A DNA stretch of 64,000 nucleotides from Octopus vulgaris (Eukaryota): positions 87,854,001-87,918,000 of the forward strand of contig OX597824.1 in the NCBI GenBank assembly GCA_951406725.2, read 5' to 3'. Below are positions 24,960 through 37,039 of the stretch, in pieces. The first letter of the stretch is position 1. Every line of letters begins with the position of its first letter. The notes under the pieces were generated by a model. The model did not search any database. It was given only the letters and a program-made list of their open reading frames with translations, and was not told where the DNA came from. Both the position numbers and the translations under genes were made by a program.

Positions 24960-25960
24960 TATCCAAACATGGAAACACAAAGAGAAAACACAACAACGCG
25001 AGGACGTGGAACAAATATAGTATTATTGGACGCTCAGGAAGGAAGGGAAGAAGGAGGGTTTAACGTTTCGAGCGGAGCTCTTCGTCAGAAACATAGGAAA
25101 AGGAAAGATCCAGAGAAGGGAAGACGGAGGAAAAAAGATCGCTAAAGGTACACACGCGGTCACATATATAAAGACAAAAGAGAGGGAAAAAACTACAGAA
25201 GGCTTGTGTTATATGGTTAAAGAATATATTTAAATCGTTATGTTAGAAAATTGGTATAAAATTTTGCGTATAGTAACAGTTTTTGGAGAAATAACTGGTT
25301 TCGTTTTTTCTTTTCAAACTTCTCAAATTTCTTGACCTATATCGTGTCATGTCTTCGCTATGTTGTGAAATATGGAGTTCCAGGCAGGGGAAGGTAATCA
25401 GGGATTTTTCCGGTATAAGGGAGATAATCAAGCATGTTGGGAATGACTAGGCTTGATTAATTTAACATGATCTGGTTTAGAAGGAATAGAATGTTACAAG
25501 TGGTTAGGTTCTGCTTTATATTTTTTTCAATGAGGTGAGTTTCCTTATTTAAAAATGCTAGAAATGGTTAAGTTTTGGCTTATATTTTTCAATGAAGATG
25601 GTTTCCTTATTTAATCTAACTTGTGTTGGTGTTCCAATGGCACATTGATAGAATGGAAAGATTACAAATTGTGGTAGCAGTTGCTTTGCGCATTTCTCAA
25701 TATGTTCACTAAAGGGTATCATACTGTATTCTGGGAATGCAATCTGCTGTCGATGCAGAGTGCATCTGCATCTGAGCGATAATCCCATGGACCCTATGTA
25801 GTTTTGGTGGCAGCCCGAGCATCTTATGACATAAATCAGTTTTTCTGAAGCACAAGTAAAGTCAGATTTGATTTTGAATTTTTATCCCTCTTTGAAGAGG
25901 AATTCTGATCCTTCTAGGTTTGGGCATGTTATGCAATTTGGTCTACCACATTTTTTCACT
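24957..25960 (-). mobile_element. Penelope-like retroelement 3' end: zinc-finger/GIY-YIG endonuclease relic plus pseudo-LTR
   Basis: Minus translation KKCGRPNCITCP...KIKSDFTCASEKLIYVIRCSGCHQNYIGSMGLSLRCRCTLH...RLNKETIFIEKYKPKLN (one in-frame stop); downstream region duplicates 23752-23946. Confidence 0.85.
25057..25095 (-). ncRNA. Minimal type-I hammerhead ribozyme motif
   Basis: gttt-CTGACGA-a-gagc tcc gctc-GAAA-cg-TT-aaac; stems I and II pair, palindromic AACGTT stem III. Confidence 0.7.
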
Positions 25961-26159
25961 TAAACATTTTTTTGCCCATGACACTACATGGACCCTAAGT
26001 AAGGCATGTGTAAAATTTGAATGAAATTGGTTGTGTAGTTCTCAAGTTTTAGGGATTCACACAGACAGACACACATTCTCATCTTTATATAAATAGATAT
26101 ATATACACACACACATTAACATTTACAAATATGTATGTATGTATGTGTGTATGAATGTA

Positions 26160-26950
26160 TGTCCTCATCTCACATGTCTCTCTGGATGAGGAAATATCTT
26201 TCAGGTTGCAGAGAGCAACTAATTCCTTCCGGTCTCTTCAGTCTCGTGTCTCCATCGCAAGGAGAACAAAAGTTGCTGTGTACCATGCTTGTGTACTGAC
26301 ATCGCTTCTCTACTCATGTGAGACATGGACTCTGTACAAACGTCATGTAAGGGTCCTTGAACGTTTTCATCAGAGATGTCTCAGACACATTCCCAATGTT
26401 GGCTGGACCTAAAAAATTCCAGACACACAGATCCTGAGGACAGCTGATATCTTGAGTATTGAGGCGATGGTACACAAGCACTGGTTGCATTGGACTGGAC
26501 ACCTTATTAGAATGGAGGATAGAAGGATTCCTAAGCAGATGCTCTATGGAAAACTTGTGAATGGAAGGAGACTCCGGCAGAAACCAAGGCTGCGATTTAA
26601 GGACTGTGTCAAGTCCTCGTTAAAGGCCTTTGATATGCAGGACACTGACTGGGAGAACAATGCCTGTCATCGCCACAGATGGAGGAAGCAGGTTAAGGAG
26701 GGGATCGACACTTTTGGGAGAGCACGTATCCAGCATGAAGAACTTAAGCGAGCTGCGCGAAAGCGCACGGCTCGTATAGTGAATGGGGAAAGCTTGGTCT
26801 GCAATGTTTGCGGTCGTGTATGCTTGTCAAGAGCAGGGCTCATTAGCCACCAACGGAGCCACAAATGCAAAATATAAGTTAGTCCTAGAGCGCACAATGT
26901 TCCTGAAGGTCGGCAATGGTCTTCCTCGGTCACGAGTGGACGGCCATCAT
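26160..26950 (+). mobile_element. RTE-clade LINE, 5'-truncated
   Basis: TKVAVYHACVLTSLLYSCETWT, LERFHQRCLR, HWTGHLIRMEDRRIPKQMLYG, C-terminal CNVC-x12-H-x3-H finger; one stop/frame break. Confidence 0.9.
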
Positions 26951-26977
26951 GAATGTATGTATTTGTGTGTACATGTG

Positions 26978-27008
<31 letters not shown>

Positions 27009-27371
27009 TAAATCATCATCATAATTTAATGCCCATTGTCCATACTGGCATGGGTTGGATGGCTTGACCAGGGCTGGCAAGCTGAGGGGCTGCACCAGAC
27101 TCCAATCTGATGGCATGGTTTCTACAGCTGGATGCTCTTCCTGATGCCAACCACTCCAAGTGTTTAACAGGTGCTTTTAATGTGCCACTGACACAGGAGG
27201 TGCCAGTTGCTTGGTAACAGTATCTGCCATGACTTCAATTTCATTTGGCCTGATGACTCTTCTCAAGCATGGCATATTGCATTTAGTGCCACTGGCACAT
27301 GTGCCAGTGATATGACACCAGCATTGGCCACGATGATTTCACTTGACTTGATATATATATATATGTATATT

Positions 27372-27432
<61 letters not shown>

Positions 27433-27437
27433 AGTGT

Positions 27438-27528
27438 CCTACGCTGATGAGAAAAGAAGTTGGGTAAGACATAATTATCTAATTCTTATGCTTTCCTAAA
27501 ACTTAATTTCGAAACGTACGTCCGTAGG
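27438..27528 (+). ncRNA. Type-I hammerhead ribozyme with intact core and GUC cleavage site
   Basis: cctacg-CTGATGA-gaaa...tttc-GAAA-c gtac g-TC-cgtagg; 6-bp stem I, extended stem II, predicted cut after C27522. Confidence 0.85.
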
Positions 27529-27689
27529 TGACTTAAAATTGTATGATAGATTGCCGTCATTTCTTTCTCTCTTGCCTGTCTGTGTTTGCCTTTCAAGTGC
27601 TGTGGTTTTACTGAGATCTCCCTCTTTGACTGCTATTTCTAAATTCGGTGTGTGGTGAGGCAAATCGTTGCTAAACCCTTAATTACTTA

Positions 27690-27765
<76 letters not shown>

Positions 27766-28045
27766 AGTTTCGATCAACATCAATGGAAATTGTAGCTGTG
27801 ATACCAGTGCCGGTGGCACGTAAGAGAACCATCCGAACGTGGCCGTAGCCAGCGCCACCTTGACTGGCCTCCGTGCCGGTGGCACGTAAAAAGCATCCAC
27901 TGCACTCACGGAGTGGTTGGCGTTAGGAAGGGCATCCAGCCGTAGAAACATTGCCAGATCAGACTGGGCCTGGTGCAGGCTTCTGGCTTCCCAGACCCCA
28001 GTTGAACCGTCCAACCCATGTCAGCATGGAAAGCGGACGTTAAAC

Positions 28046-28090
<45 letters not shown>

Positions 28091-28754
28091 ATGAGTGATA
28101 TTAAGTTACTGTTAAATCTACATTTTTTTGTAATACTGATACAGCAAATCAAGTTCTTGATATTATTTTAACCTTACAATTCCATATTCTTGAAGCTTCT
28201 TGTACAAATAACGATACTATGACCCAGTTGTGTAACTGGGTCACCCTTGACTAACTGAGCGAAAATCTAACTGCAATCAAATCCATGCAGATATCTTAGA
28301 ATATGCGTGATTCACTTAACTATTTTTTGCCTTCGTTTTTTGTTTTTTTATATAATCTTATATCATCTTGTTCTTGCACTATCCTTCTCCTCAACACATT
28401 GCTAGTTTTTTCACCTCCTTTCCCTTTTCCTGTCGATTTAACAATTTCCACCTGTTTCAATTTTGTTTTATTATGTATTTTTCTATCGTCATTTTATTTT
28501 CTGTTTCATTCTTTCTCTTCTTTTCCTAATGGTAATATTTCAGGGGAAGTAACTCATTTGTACCACTTAAGAAGGCAGACATATCAGTTTTATCTTCTAT
28601 CTTTTACTTGCTTCAATCGTCATAAGAGTGTGGCCATGCTGGGGCACCACCTTGAAGGATATTTAGTTGAATGAACTGACCCTAGTACTTATTTTGTTTT
28701 TTCAGGCAGGTATTTATTCTGTCGTTCTCTTTCGTCAAATTGCTAAGTTACTCT

Positions 28755-29135
28755 CTTTTACTCTTTTACTTGTTTCAGTCATTTCACTGTGGCCATGCTG
28801 GAGCACCGCCTTTAGTCGAACAAATCGACCCCAGGACTTATTCTTTGTAAGCCTAGTACTTTTTCTATCCGTCTCTTTTGCCGAACCGCTAAGTTATGGG
28901 GACGTAAACACACCAGCATCGGTTGTCAAGCGACGTTGGGGGGACAAACACAGACACACAAACACATATATACGACAGGCTTCTTTCAGTTTCCGTCTAC
29001 CAAATCCACTCACAAGGCTTTGGTCGGTCCGAGGCTATAGTAGAAGACACTTGCCCTAGGTGCCACGCAGTAGGACTGAACCCGGAACCATGTGGTTCGT
29101 AAGCAAGCTACTTACCACACAGCCACTCCTACACC
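28755..29135 (-). mobile_element. SINE family A, full length
   Basis: Reverse complement of the copy at 29199-29640. Confidence 0.9.
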
Positions 29136-29198
29136 TAATTTATATTATTTTATCATCAGTGAGCATGGCTTAGTAACATGTACCATACATTTACTAAT

Positions 29199-29361
29199 AG
29201 GCGCAGGAGTTGCTGTGTGGTAAGTAGCTTGCTTACGAACCACATGGTTCCAGGTTCAGTCCCACTGCGTGGCACCTTGGGCAAGTGTCTTCTACTATAG
29301 CCTCGGGCCGACCAAAGCCTTGTGAGTGGATTTGGTAGACGGAAACTGAAAGAAGCCTGTC

Positions 29362-29416
<55 letters not shown>

Positions 29417-29640
29417 TTTGTGTGCCTGTGTTTGTCCCCCTAGCATTGCTTGACAACTGATGCTGATGTGTTTATGTCCCCGTTACTTAGCGGTCTGGCA
29501 AAAGAAACCGATAGAATAAGTACTAGGCTTACAAAGAATAAGTCCCAGGGTCGAGTTGCTCGATTAAAGGCGGTGCTCCAGCATGGCTGCAGTCAAATGA
29601 CTGAAACAAGTAAAAGAGTAAAAGAGAGAGAGTAAAGAGT
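29199..29640 (+). mobile_element. SINE family A, full length
   Basis: ggcgcaggagttgctgtgtggtaagtagc (A-box-like), ggttcagtcc (B-box-like), internal (TA)n, 3' (aaagagt)n tail. Confidence 0.9.
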
Positions 29641-31241
29641 AATTTTTTTAGATGCTTTGTAGTCATGAGCTGACATAGATATCCTTTCAGGCCCATCACC
29701 CTTGAGACAGTGGAGCATCTTCAATGTAACACCTGGAATGCAGGCTCCACCAGCACCCTAGCTGGTTCTTGTTACTGCTGACTAGACTGCTTGACTGGAG
29801 CAACATGAAATGAAGTATCTTGCTCAAGAACACAACCCACTGCACAGTCCAAGAATTAAACCCTTGACCTTATGACCTTAGGTCAAACATCCTGACTACT
29901 AGGAAATGTACCTTCACTACAAGGTAAAAATTATATTAAAACAGATACTGCTTCTGTTGCATATAATGGGTTTTTATTCAGTTAAGCAACTAATTGCAAC
30001 ATCAGTGATTGTCCAGTCACTGTTTTTTCTACATCAATAGCAACAGATTTTGTTTTAGAATACAGTTGCCATTGTGTCAGTGCTGCTGACAAAGTCCAAC
30101 AAAGCAGAAATGCACATTTAGCATTCTCACATTCTGCTGTAGGATGATTTTCATCTGCTACCAAAATATTTTCTATTTTAGACACAGCATGTTCCATAAG
30201 AGATACTATCTCCAGACAAATATTGCAGTAAATTTTCACAATGTCTTTACATTAAGTATGATACATAGATAGCTATTTAATCTAATATTGCTTCTGTTGT
30301 ATTTAATGAATTTTTGTAAAAGATATGATTTCAAAAGAGAAGCTCTATTGTTTCTTAAGTTTTGATCTAACTGTTCTTGTTACTCGCAGAGTACTAGTTT
30401 TTGATTGTGTCACTTGAGAACTTTTTAATTCAAAGCCCCTGTTAATTCTGTGGATCTTCCTCTTCAACTGGCACCCCTGCTCTTTCTTGTTTTTCCCTTG
30501 TTCTTTTTTTGCTAGTTTGTTTTAAAATACAATTTTGTCCTAAACAAAGTTTGAGGCCACTGTAGCATAAGGGACTTTAAAGAAGGAAAAGAAGGGGCCT
30601 ACAAATTCATAAATTATTAATTGACAGAAAGTTTAAAGGACAGAATATCAAAGACCAGAGCAAAACAAAAGGATGGTGGTGAGTTCCAGGGAGCAGCAGT
30701 CCTAAGAAAGAAAAAAAATAAATAAATGTGCCCTTTTTAAAGCCTAGCCAGGCTCGTGGGCCCAGTTTCCCGGTTTCAATGGTGTATGGGACGCCAGTCC
30801 ATCGCAGCATTACTCATTTTTGGACTGGAGCAACGTGAAATGAAGTGTTTTGCTCAAGAACACAATGCATCGCCCGGTCCAGGAATCGAAACCACAATCT
30901 TACAATCATGCTGCTGACACCCTAACCACTAAGCCACGCGCTTCCACTCAAGGAAAGAAGCTATTAGAATAAAAGTTCTATGACTAGTTTTTATGTCCTA
31001 GTGTTGGGTATATAATTTAACGAAGTGGTGGGTAGGTGGAAGCATTTACTCAGCACAATACAACCACTATTATATGAGACTCAATGCTCTCAATCAACGG
31101 CTCACAGTGAACTGCTAATCAATCTGAACTGCCAATCAACCACAATTCTCTATTTTATAACAATGAGTCAGCTCACTTTTAGTCACTTGGTGGGTGGTTG
31201 GAATCCTTCCACAACACTAGCAGAGATAAATTTTTCAATAT

Positions 31242-31760
31242 TTACCGTAAATCATCTAGTATAGTCCGCCCTTGAGTATAATGTGCAGGGCATTTTTAGG
31301 GGACTGTACCTCTGAAAAACCTAAACCTTGTGTATAATACGCACCCCTTCTCGAACTTGAGTCAAAGAGGTCTATATAACATCTTTGGTTTGTAAAAAAT
31401 GTATACGATAACGTCCTTTATTATTATTGTATATATAACATAATGCAAACATGAAGCTTTCTTGTGCATTTTGTTTGCAGAAAATAAAGAAATAACAGTA
31501 ATAACGTTTAATAAATGTTGCTTATTGCAAGTTATGGATGATTCTTTTATGACTTCATTGCTTTCAGGCTTAGCTTGAGGTATTTTCACGCCCGACATCA
31601 CAAAATGCGTCTGAATAAAAACATTGCCGGGCAGCAAATAGAGACTCGGACATTGCTTAGAAAATAATTTTCATTATTAACCTCGTATATAGTATGCACT
31701 AGGGATTTTGACCTTTAAATTTTGGGGGGAAATGCGGATTATACTTGAGGATTTACGGTA
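31242..31760. mobile_element. Tc1/mariner/pogo-type MITE
   Basis: taccgtaaatcatctagtatagtccgc ... gcggattatacttgaggatttacggta, TA flanks. Confidence 0.75.
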
Positions 31761-31994
31761 TTTCTTCTTAGTAGTCTACAATGAAGTGCGAAGAAACTTT
31801 TTTGACAATTAACAGTAGACACCCTTTAGTAAAAGAGATGAATGAAATATGCATTTAACAGTTTTGTGTGTTAATACAGGGAAATAATTACTCTACTATG
31901 ATGAAATTATTTCAGCTTCAACAACATCCTTTGGTTCAAGTTATTTAACAAATGGCAATCTCATCAATTTTCAAGGTGTTGCCTACTTTTTGCA

Positions 31995-33100
31995 AGTGTG
32001 AAGTTCTCAGGGGACTAGATTGGTGCCCTGCCTGTTGCCAGCATTGGTGATTTCCTCAGTTTGGATGATCTCTGCATCTTCACTACACTCAGAGTGGGAG
32101 CTGACATCTGTAGGGAACTGAGATGTTGCTGTGGAAGGTCTCTTGACTCCACTAAAGGCGGCGAGCTGGCAGAAACGTTAGCACACTGGGCGAAATGCTT
32201 TGCAGTATTTCGTCTGCCACTACGTTTTGAGTTCAAATTCCGCCGAGGTCGACTTTACCTTTCATCCTTTCGGGGTCGATTAAATAAGTACCAGTTATGC
32301 ACTGGGGTTGATATAATCGACTTAATCCGTTTGTCTGTCCTTGTTTGTCCCCTCTGTGTTTAGCCCCTTGTGGGTAGTAAAGAAATAGGTATTTCGTCTG
32401 CCACTACGTTCTGAGTTCAAATTCTGCCGAGGTCGACTTTGCCTTTCATCCTTTCGGGGTCGATTAATTAAGTACCAGTTACGCACAGGGGTCGATATAA
32501 TCGACGTAATCCGTTTGTCTGTCCTTGTTTGTCCCCTCTGTATTTAGCCCCTTGTGGGTAGTAAAGAAATAGGTCCCTCGACTCCACAGGTTTTCACAGT
32601 CAGTCTGCTGCCTAAATGCTGGTTATGTCACTCGTCACATCAAGCTAAACTTTATCATTAAGCAAGCCCTGGCTTGGGTTAATATGTCCTCAGTTCTGGA
32701 GCCAGCAAGATTATCCAGAGGTGATGGTAAGAGACCAGATGGTCTTACCCTTTGTCTCTGGGTACGAGGCAGGTGCCTCATCTGAGACATCACAGTGTGT
32801 GACTCCTTTGCTCCCTCCCGCATCCTGCATGCTGCAGTAAATGGGAGGGTCACTGCTTCTGTAACTGAAAGGAACAAAATCCTTAAGTATCAGGACTTAT
32901 CAGTGAAACATTTCCAGGCTGTGGTGTTTGTGATGTTTAGAGGGGCCGGGCCACTAATGGTGAAGTTCTTGACAAAATTGGAGGCTCATGTTATCGAGGC
33001 ATCAGCTGATGTCCTTAGGGGTGTTTGGTTGTTCCTATGCCTTAGCCTTGCCATCGCCTGCAGCAATACTGTAAAGCGTGTTGGCTTGCTTCAGTAGGTT
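31995..33100 (+). mobile_element. CRE-like non-LTR retrotransposon relic (CCHC knuckle plus restriction-like endonuclease), split by a SINE B dimer at ~32153-32573
   Basis: LRVGADIC...CCCGRSLDSTG.H...C, RH..LN, LEPARLSRGDGKRPDGLTL, D.TVCD, ERNKILKYQDL. Confidence 0.75.
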
Positions 33101-33257
33101 CCTTAGAACCTTGTGGTGTGCAACCAACTGAGACACTTGGTGTTGAATTGATGGTTTTTTCCCTTTCTTCCTCCTTTTTTTTTCCTTCTTTCTTCGCTCA
33201 TGCTTATGCTTTCTTCAGTTTTGTATTTGTTTTATAATGTGGCTTTGTATTACAATT

Positions 33258-33641
33258 TTACTCTTTTCCTTGTTTCAGTCACTTGACTGCGGCCATGCTG
33301 GAGCACCGCCATTAATCAAGCAACTCGACCCCGGGACTTATTCTTTTGTAAGCCCAGTACTTATTCTATCGGTCTCGTTTGCCGAACCGCTAAGTAACGG
33401 GGACATAAACACACCAGCATCGGTTGTCAAGCAATGCTAGGGGGACAAACACAGACACGCATATATATACATATATTCGACGGGCTTCTTTCAGTTTCCG
33501 TCTACCAAATCCACTCACAAGGCATTGGTCGGCCCGAGGCTATAGTAGAAGACACTTGCCCAAGGTGCCAAGCAGTGGGACTGAACCCGGAACCATGTGG
33601 TTGGTAAACTAGCTACTTACCACACAGCCACTCCTGCGCCT
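33258..33641 (-). mobile_element. SINE family A
   Basis: Full-length reverse-complement copy. Confidence 0.9.
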
Positions 33642-33699
33642 AATGATTGCCATCGTACTGTAAAGTTTGCCCGATAAGGTTTGACCAGGGCCTCACACA

Positions 33700-34020
33700 A
33701 CTTACTTACATGTACTTGTGGCGACATTCACCCTGGGCAGGTTGAGTCGGCTTCTTCTACCACCCTCGAGGCATCTCGAACCATGGCAGCCCACGCATGA
33801 CGGTCCTGCGCCAGTTCCTTGGAGATAGCGAGCCAGTCACGGTTCCATCGACGCAGGCCGACCACCTGCGGTCCCGTGAGCACGGAGAGGTCCTCCTCGA
33901 TCGTCGTAACCCAGGTCTTCAGCTGCCCGTCCGCGCGTTTCCGCCAGTTGGGAAGTGGAGTTGGGAGAAGGACATCACGGCTCAGTTCACCCACTGGACG
34001 CCTACATGGTGGTTTGCATG
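33700..34020 (-). mobile_element. RTE-clade LINE 3' fragment
   Basis: LLPTPLPNWRKRADGQLKTW...LAQDRHAWAAMVRD; short-repeat tail; homologous to 51850-52225. Confidence 0.75.
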
Positions 34021-34626
34021 GCCAAACCAGCGCAAGTGCCGTTGCAGAAGGACAGATGGAAGGGGCCGCAGAGACAAGCGAAGTCGGAGATTGGCGATGG
34101 GAAAAACCAAAAACCAAAAAAAAAACAAAAAAAAAACAAGATTTATCAGAACTCATAAAAACATCGCCTTAGTTTCTGATGTTGCACATAAAGAGATAAT
34201 TTCATTTAACTTATTTATTTAATCTGCTGGAAGCTTCAATAAATTATTTCCTCGGCATATCGAATTCAAAGCAAGAAATATAATCCCCGATTCTAAATCA
34301 ATAGAAATCAACAGCCTTTGATATAGTTTCCTAGCAGTTTCATTTAGCAAATGTAAACATTTACATATAATTTGAGGTGTGATTCATAAATGGAAACGAT
34401 ATATAAATTTTAATATGTCAATATTTATTGATGAAATTGAGGAAATTTCGAAACAGGGAAAGCAAGAGAGGTAGGGGGTTAAACGGTCATATCTAAAAGA
34501 AGAGACGTATTTCAAGACACCGTAGATATCATAATAACACGGTTTATATCTCTGACACAAACATTTTGAATTGCTAATTGTTTGATATTTGAATCAAACC
34601 TTTTACCATTACAGCCACAGATCGAG

Positions 34627-35133
34627 ATGGATTTTATGACAGATCAGTACCACCCTTATCTTCACCAACGAAACCCGATCGGGTATGGATCTCAGTATGG
34701 CCGCTCGGATTTTTATGAAGATTTTGGGAGTGAACCCGAAGAAAACACTTTTTCCATCGATGAAGAAAGCAATCCAAATGCTTTTGCCGATTACGACATC
34801 AATGAAGATTTGGGCCAGAGTGAATTCGATACGGCCGATAAAGAAAAAGAGTCGCTGGATTCTGAGAACGACAAATCGAAAAACTCAGATTTCAAGGACA
34901 AAAGTTTGCCAGAGAAAATATCTCATTTTTGTAGCTGGAATTGTTTTTTTAGCCTAATGTTTGTCATGGGAGTACTACTTGTGTTCGTGGACCATTATGA
35001 TTCGGCTTATGTGAGGATGCTGAGCATGCAGAAGTTTTTCTTCTTCGTGATGGGTGTCCTCACCACCACTGTGGCAGTTGTGGTTGTTATCGTTGTGGTT
35101 GCTTTCACGAGCTGTTATGGAGACGGTTTCTGA
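34627..35133 (+). CDS. Uncharacterised acidic protein with two predicted C-terminal transmembrane helices (168 aa from the first ATG)
   Basis: Unique, non-repetitive ORF with higher GC than flanks; ttttaccattacag acceptor just upstream; D/E-rich N-terminus, hydrophobic FFSLMFVMGVLLVFV and FFFFVMGVLTTTVAVVVVIVVVAF. Confidence 0.6.
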   Translation: MDFMTDQYHPYLHQRNPIGYGSQYGRSDFYEDFGSEPEENTFSIDEESNPNAFADYDINEDLGQSEFDTADKEKESLDSENDKSKNSDFKDKSLPEKISHFCSWNCFFSLMFVMGVLLVFVDHYDSAYVRMLSMQKFFFFVMGVLTTTVAVVVVIVVVAFTSCYGDGF

Positions 35134-36993
35134 GATTTCGAAATACCTGTAAAATAAGCACGAGAAGACCCTCTTTTGAATCAACAACTAAATATAAAAC
35201 GATCGTGAAATATGTAAACAAAAACCCAAAATTCCACCAAAGTCTTCTTACGGAATTATAAAGAAAAGAAGTTAAAGAGGCATATAACAACAAAAAAAAA
35301 CATTCAATATCGGTGGAAGGACGATCTTCTAGTCTTCACATGTTTTCACTTAAAACATTCCAAAACTATATAATCAACAGTCAATGGTAATTTAATATAA
35401 TATAATATATATATACAGGTGCGCGCACCGGGACCACTGTTCGCTAGTAGTACCTATATATATATATATATATATAGCGCAGCAAGTGTGCAGGGCTATC
35501 TCTCTCCACAAAAATTGTTTTGAATGTAAAGTTGGACATCCCTTCGGTTATTTGAAAAAAACAACACACTCTATAATTAAGATGATTAAGAATATTCATT
35601 AGAGCACTTAGTGATTAATTTATTAATTATTTGATTTTACTTTAGTATAATTAGAGAAAGTGAAAGATTACTAAATATTATAGTATTCTTTCTTTAATGA
35701 ATACATATTACGTTACTTTCGTTTTGCTCGAAAAATATTTTTAAAAAACCTGAATGGATGTCGAAAATCTATAGCCCAAGGGTTACAAAAAAGGGTTTCA
35801 TCTCTTTTTTTTTGCACTTTAATTGTGGGTATTTGTTCAGGACATCATTTGTCTTTCCCATGGTGTTTTGCCTGTCCTACAATCGCACTACATATTTTGT
35901 TGATCGTTTTTACTGTGTTCTTTTTATGAATATTGACACTTCCCCTGTGGAGTAATTTAATCTTTGCGCAGAAAAAGGATTCTAACCGTGACCATCCCGT
36001 TCTTGTATGGCTATCTGACTGTAATTTGATAGAGATTTGGTTGTTATTTCTAGCCGATTGAACAATGAAATAAAAAAAAAACAACATTAATCCCAAAACA
36101 GATGATGATGGTCACTTAATTAGCAGTAGTGCAAGCTGTATACTGTACTTAATTACGCCACTGATTAATTTTATAATAACAATAATAATAATTAAAAAAT
36201 AAATCATAAGTAGTGTGCTTATACTTAAATGGGAAAGTATTAATATTCATAAAATTACTAGTCGTATTAGCGAGAAAGATGGGGGGAAATAGTTATTGAT
36301 TGATAAGAATTCTTTATTTTTATAAGGCTCGTTGCTGTTAATTACGACCCACAACATTCAGCTCTCGAGATGTGCGTATGTATTTATTTGTGTGAATCTT
36401 GCACGTATAATGTGTTTGTGCTGAGAAATTTTTTATATAAATACCATAGACTGTATTAAAAGAAGAAAAAAAAACTAGTAGAAATCCTTTTTTGGGAGCT
36501 TTTTATACATCACATTTTTGAAACCTTTAATTAACTATTTATAGTCGACAACACACTTTCCTTCATTAAAACGGTGAGGATTGAATGTCTTGTGCATAAC
36601 ACACGCACACACACACATGCACACGCACACACACAAAGCAGCAGTCCTTGTTTACATTCGGTTTCACTTTCGTGAAAGTAAAATATAATTTCGGAGATGT
36701 ACTTGCACAGCAAGTGACTTGATCTAAGATCGTGTGCTGAAACAAAAATATTTTTGCAGCGTGGAAGATGTTTATAAACAATTTAAGACCACACACACAC
36801 AAAAAGAAAAAAAAACCCGTTAGATTCACTTAAACATGAAGAGGATATCAGATATATATTTCACTGAGAGATGTGATAGGTGTTCGACACACAATACAAC
36901 CATGACTAACATTTATAACAGTCTTATAATTACACTCTATAACAAATGCATGAATTGCAAAACAACGGTGCACCTGAGCACTGTATACAATAA

Positions 36994-37039
<46 letters not shown>

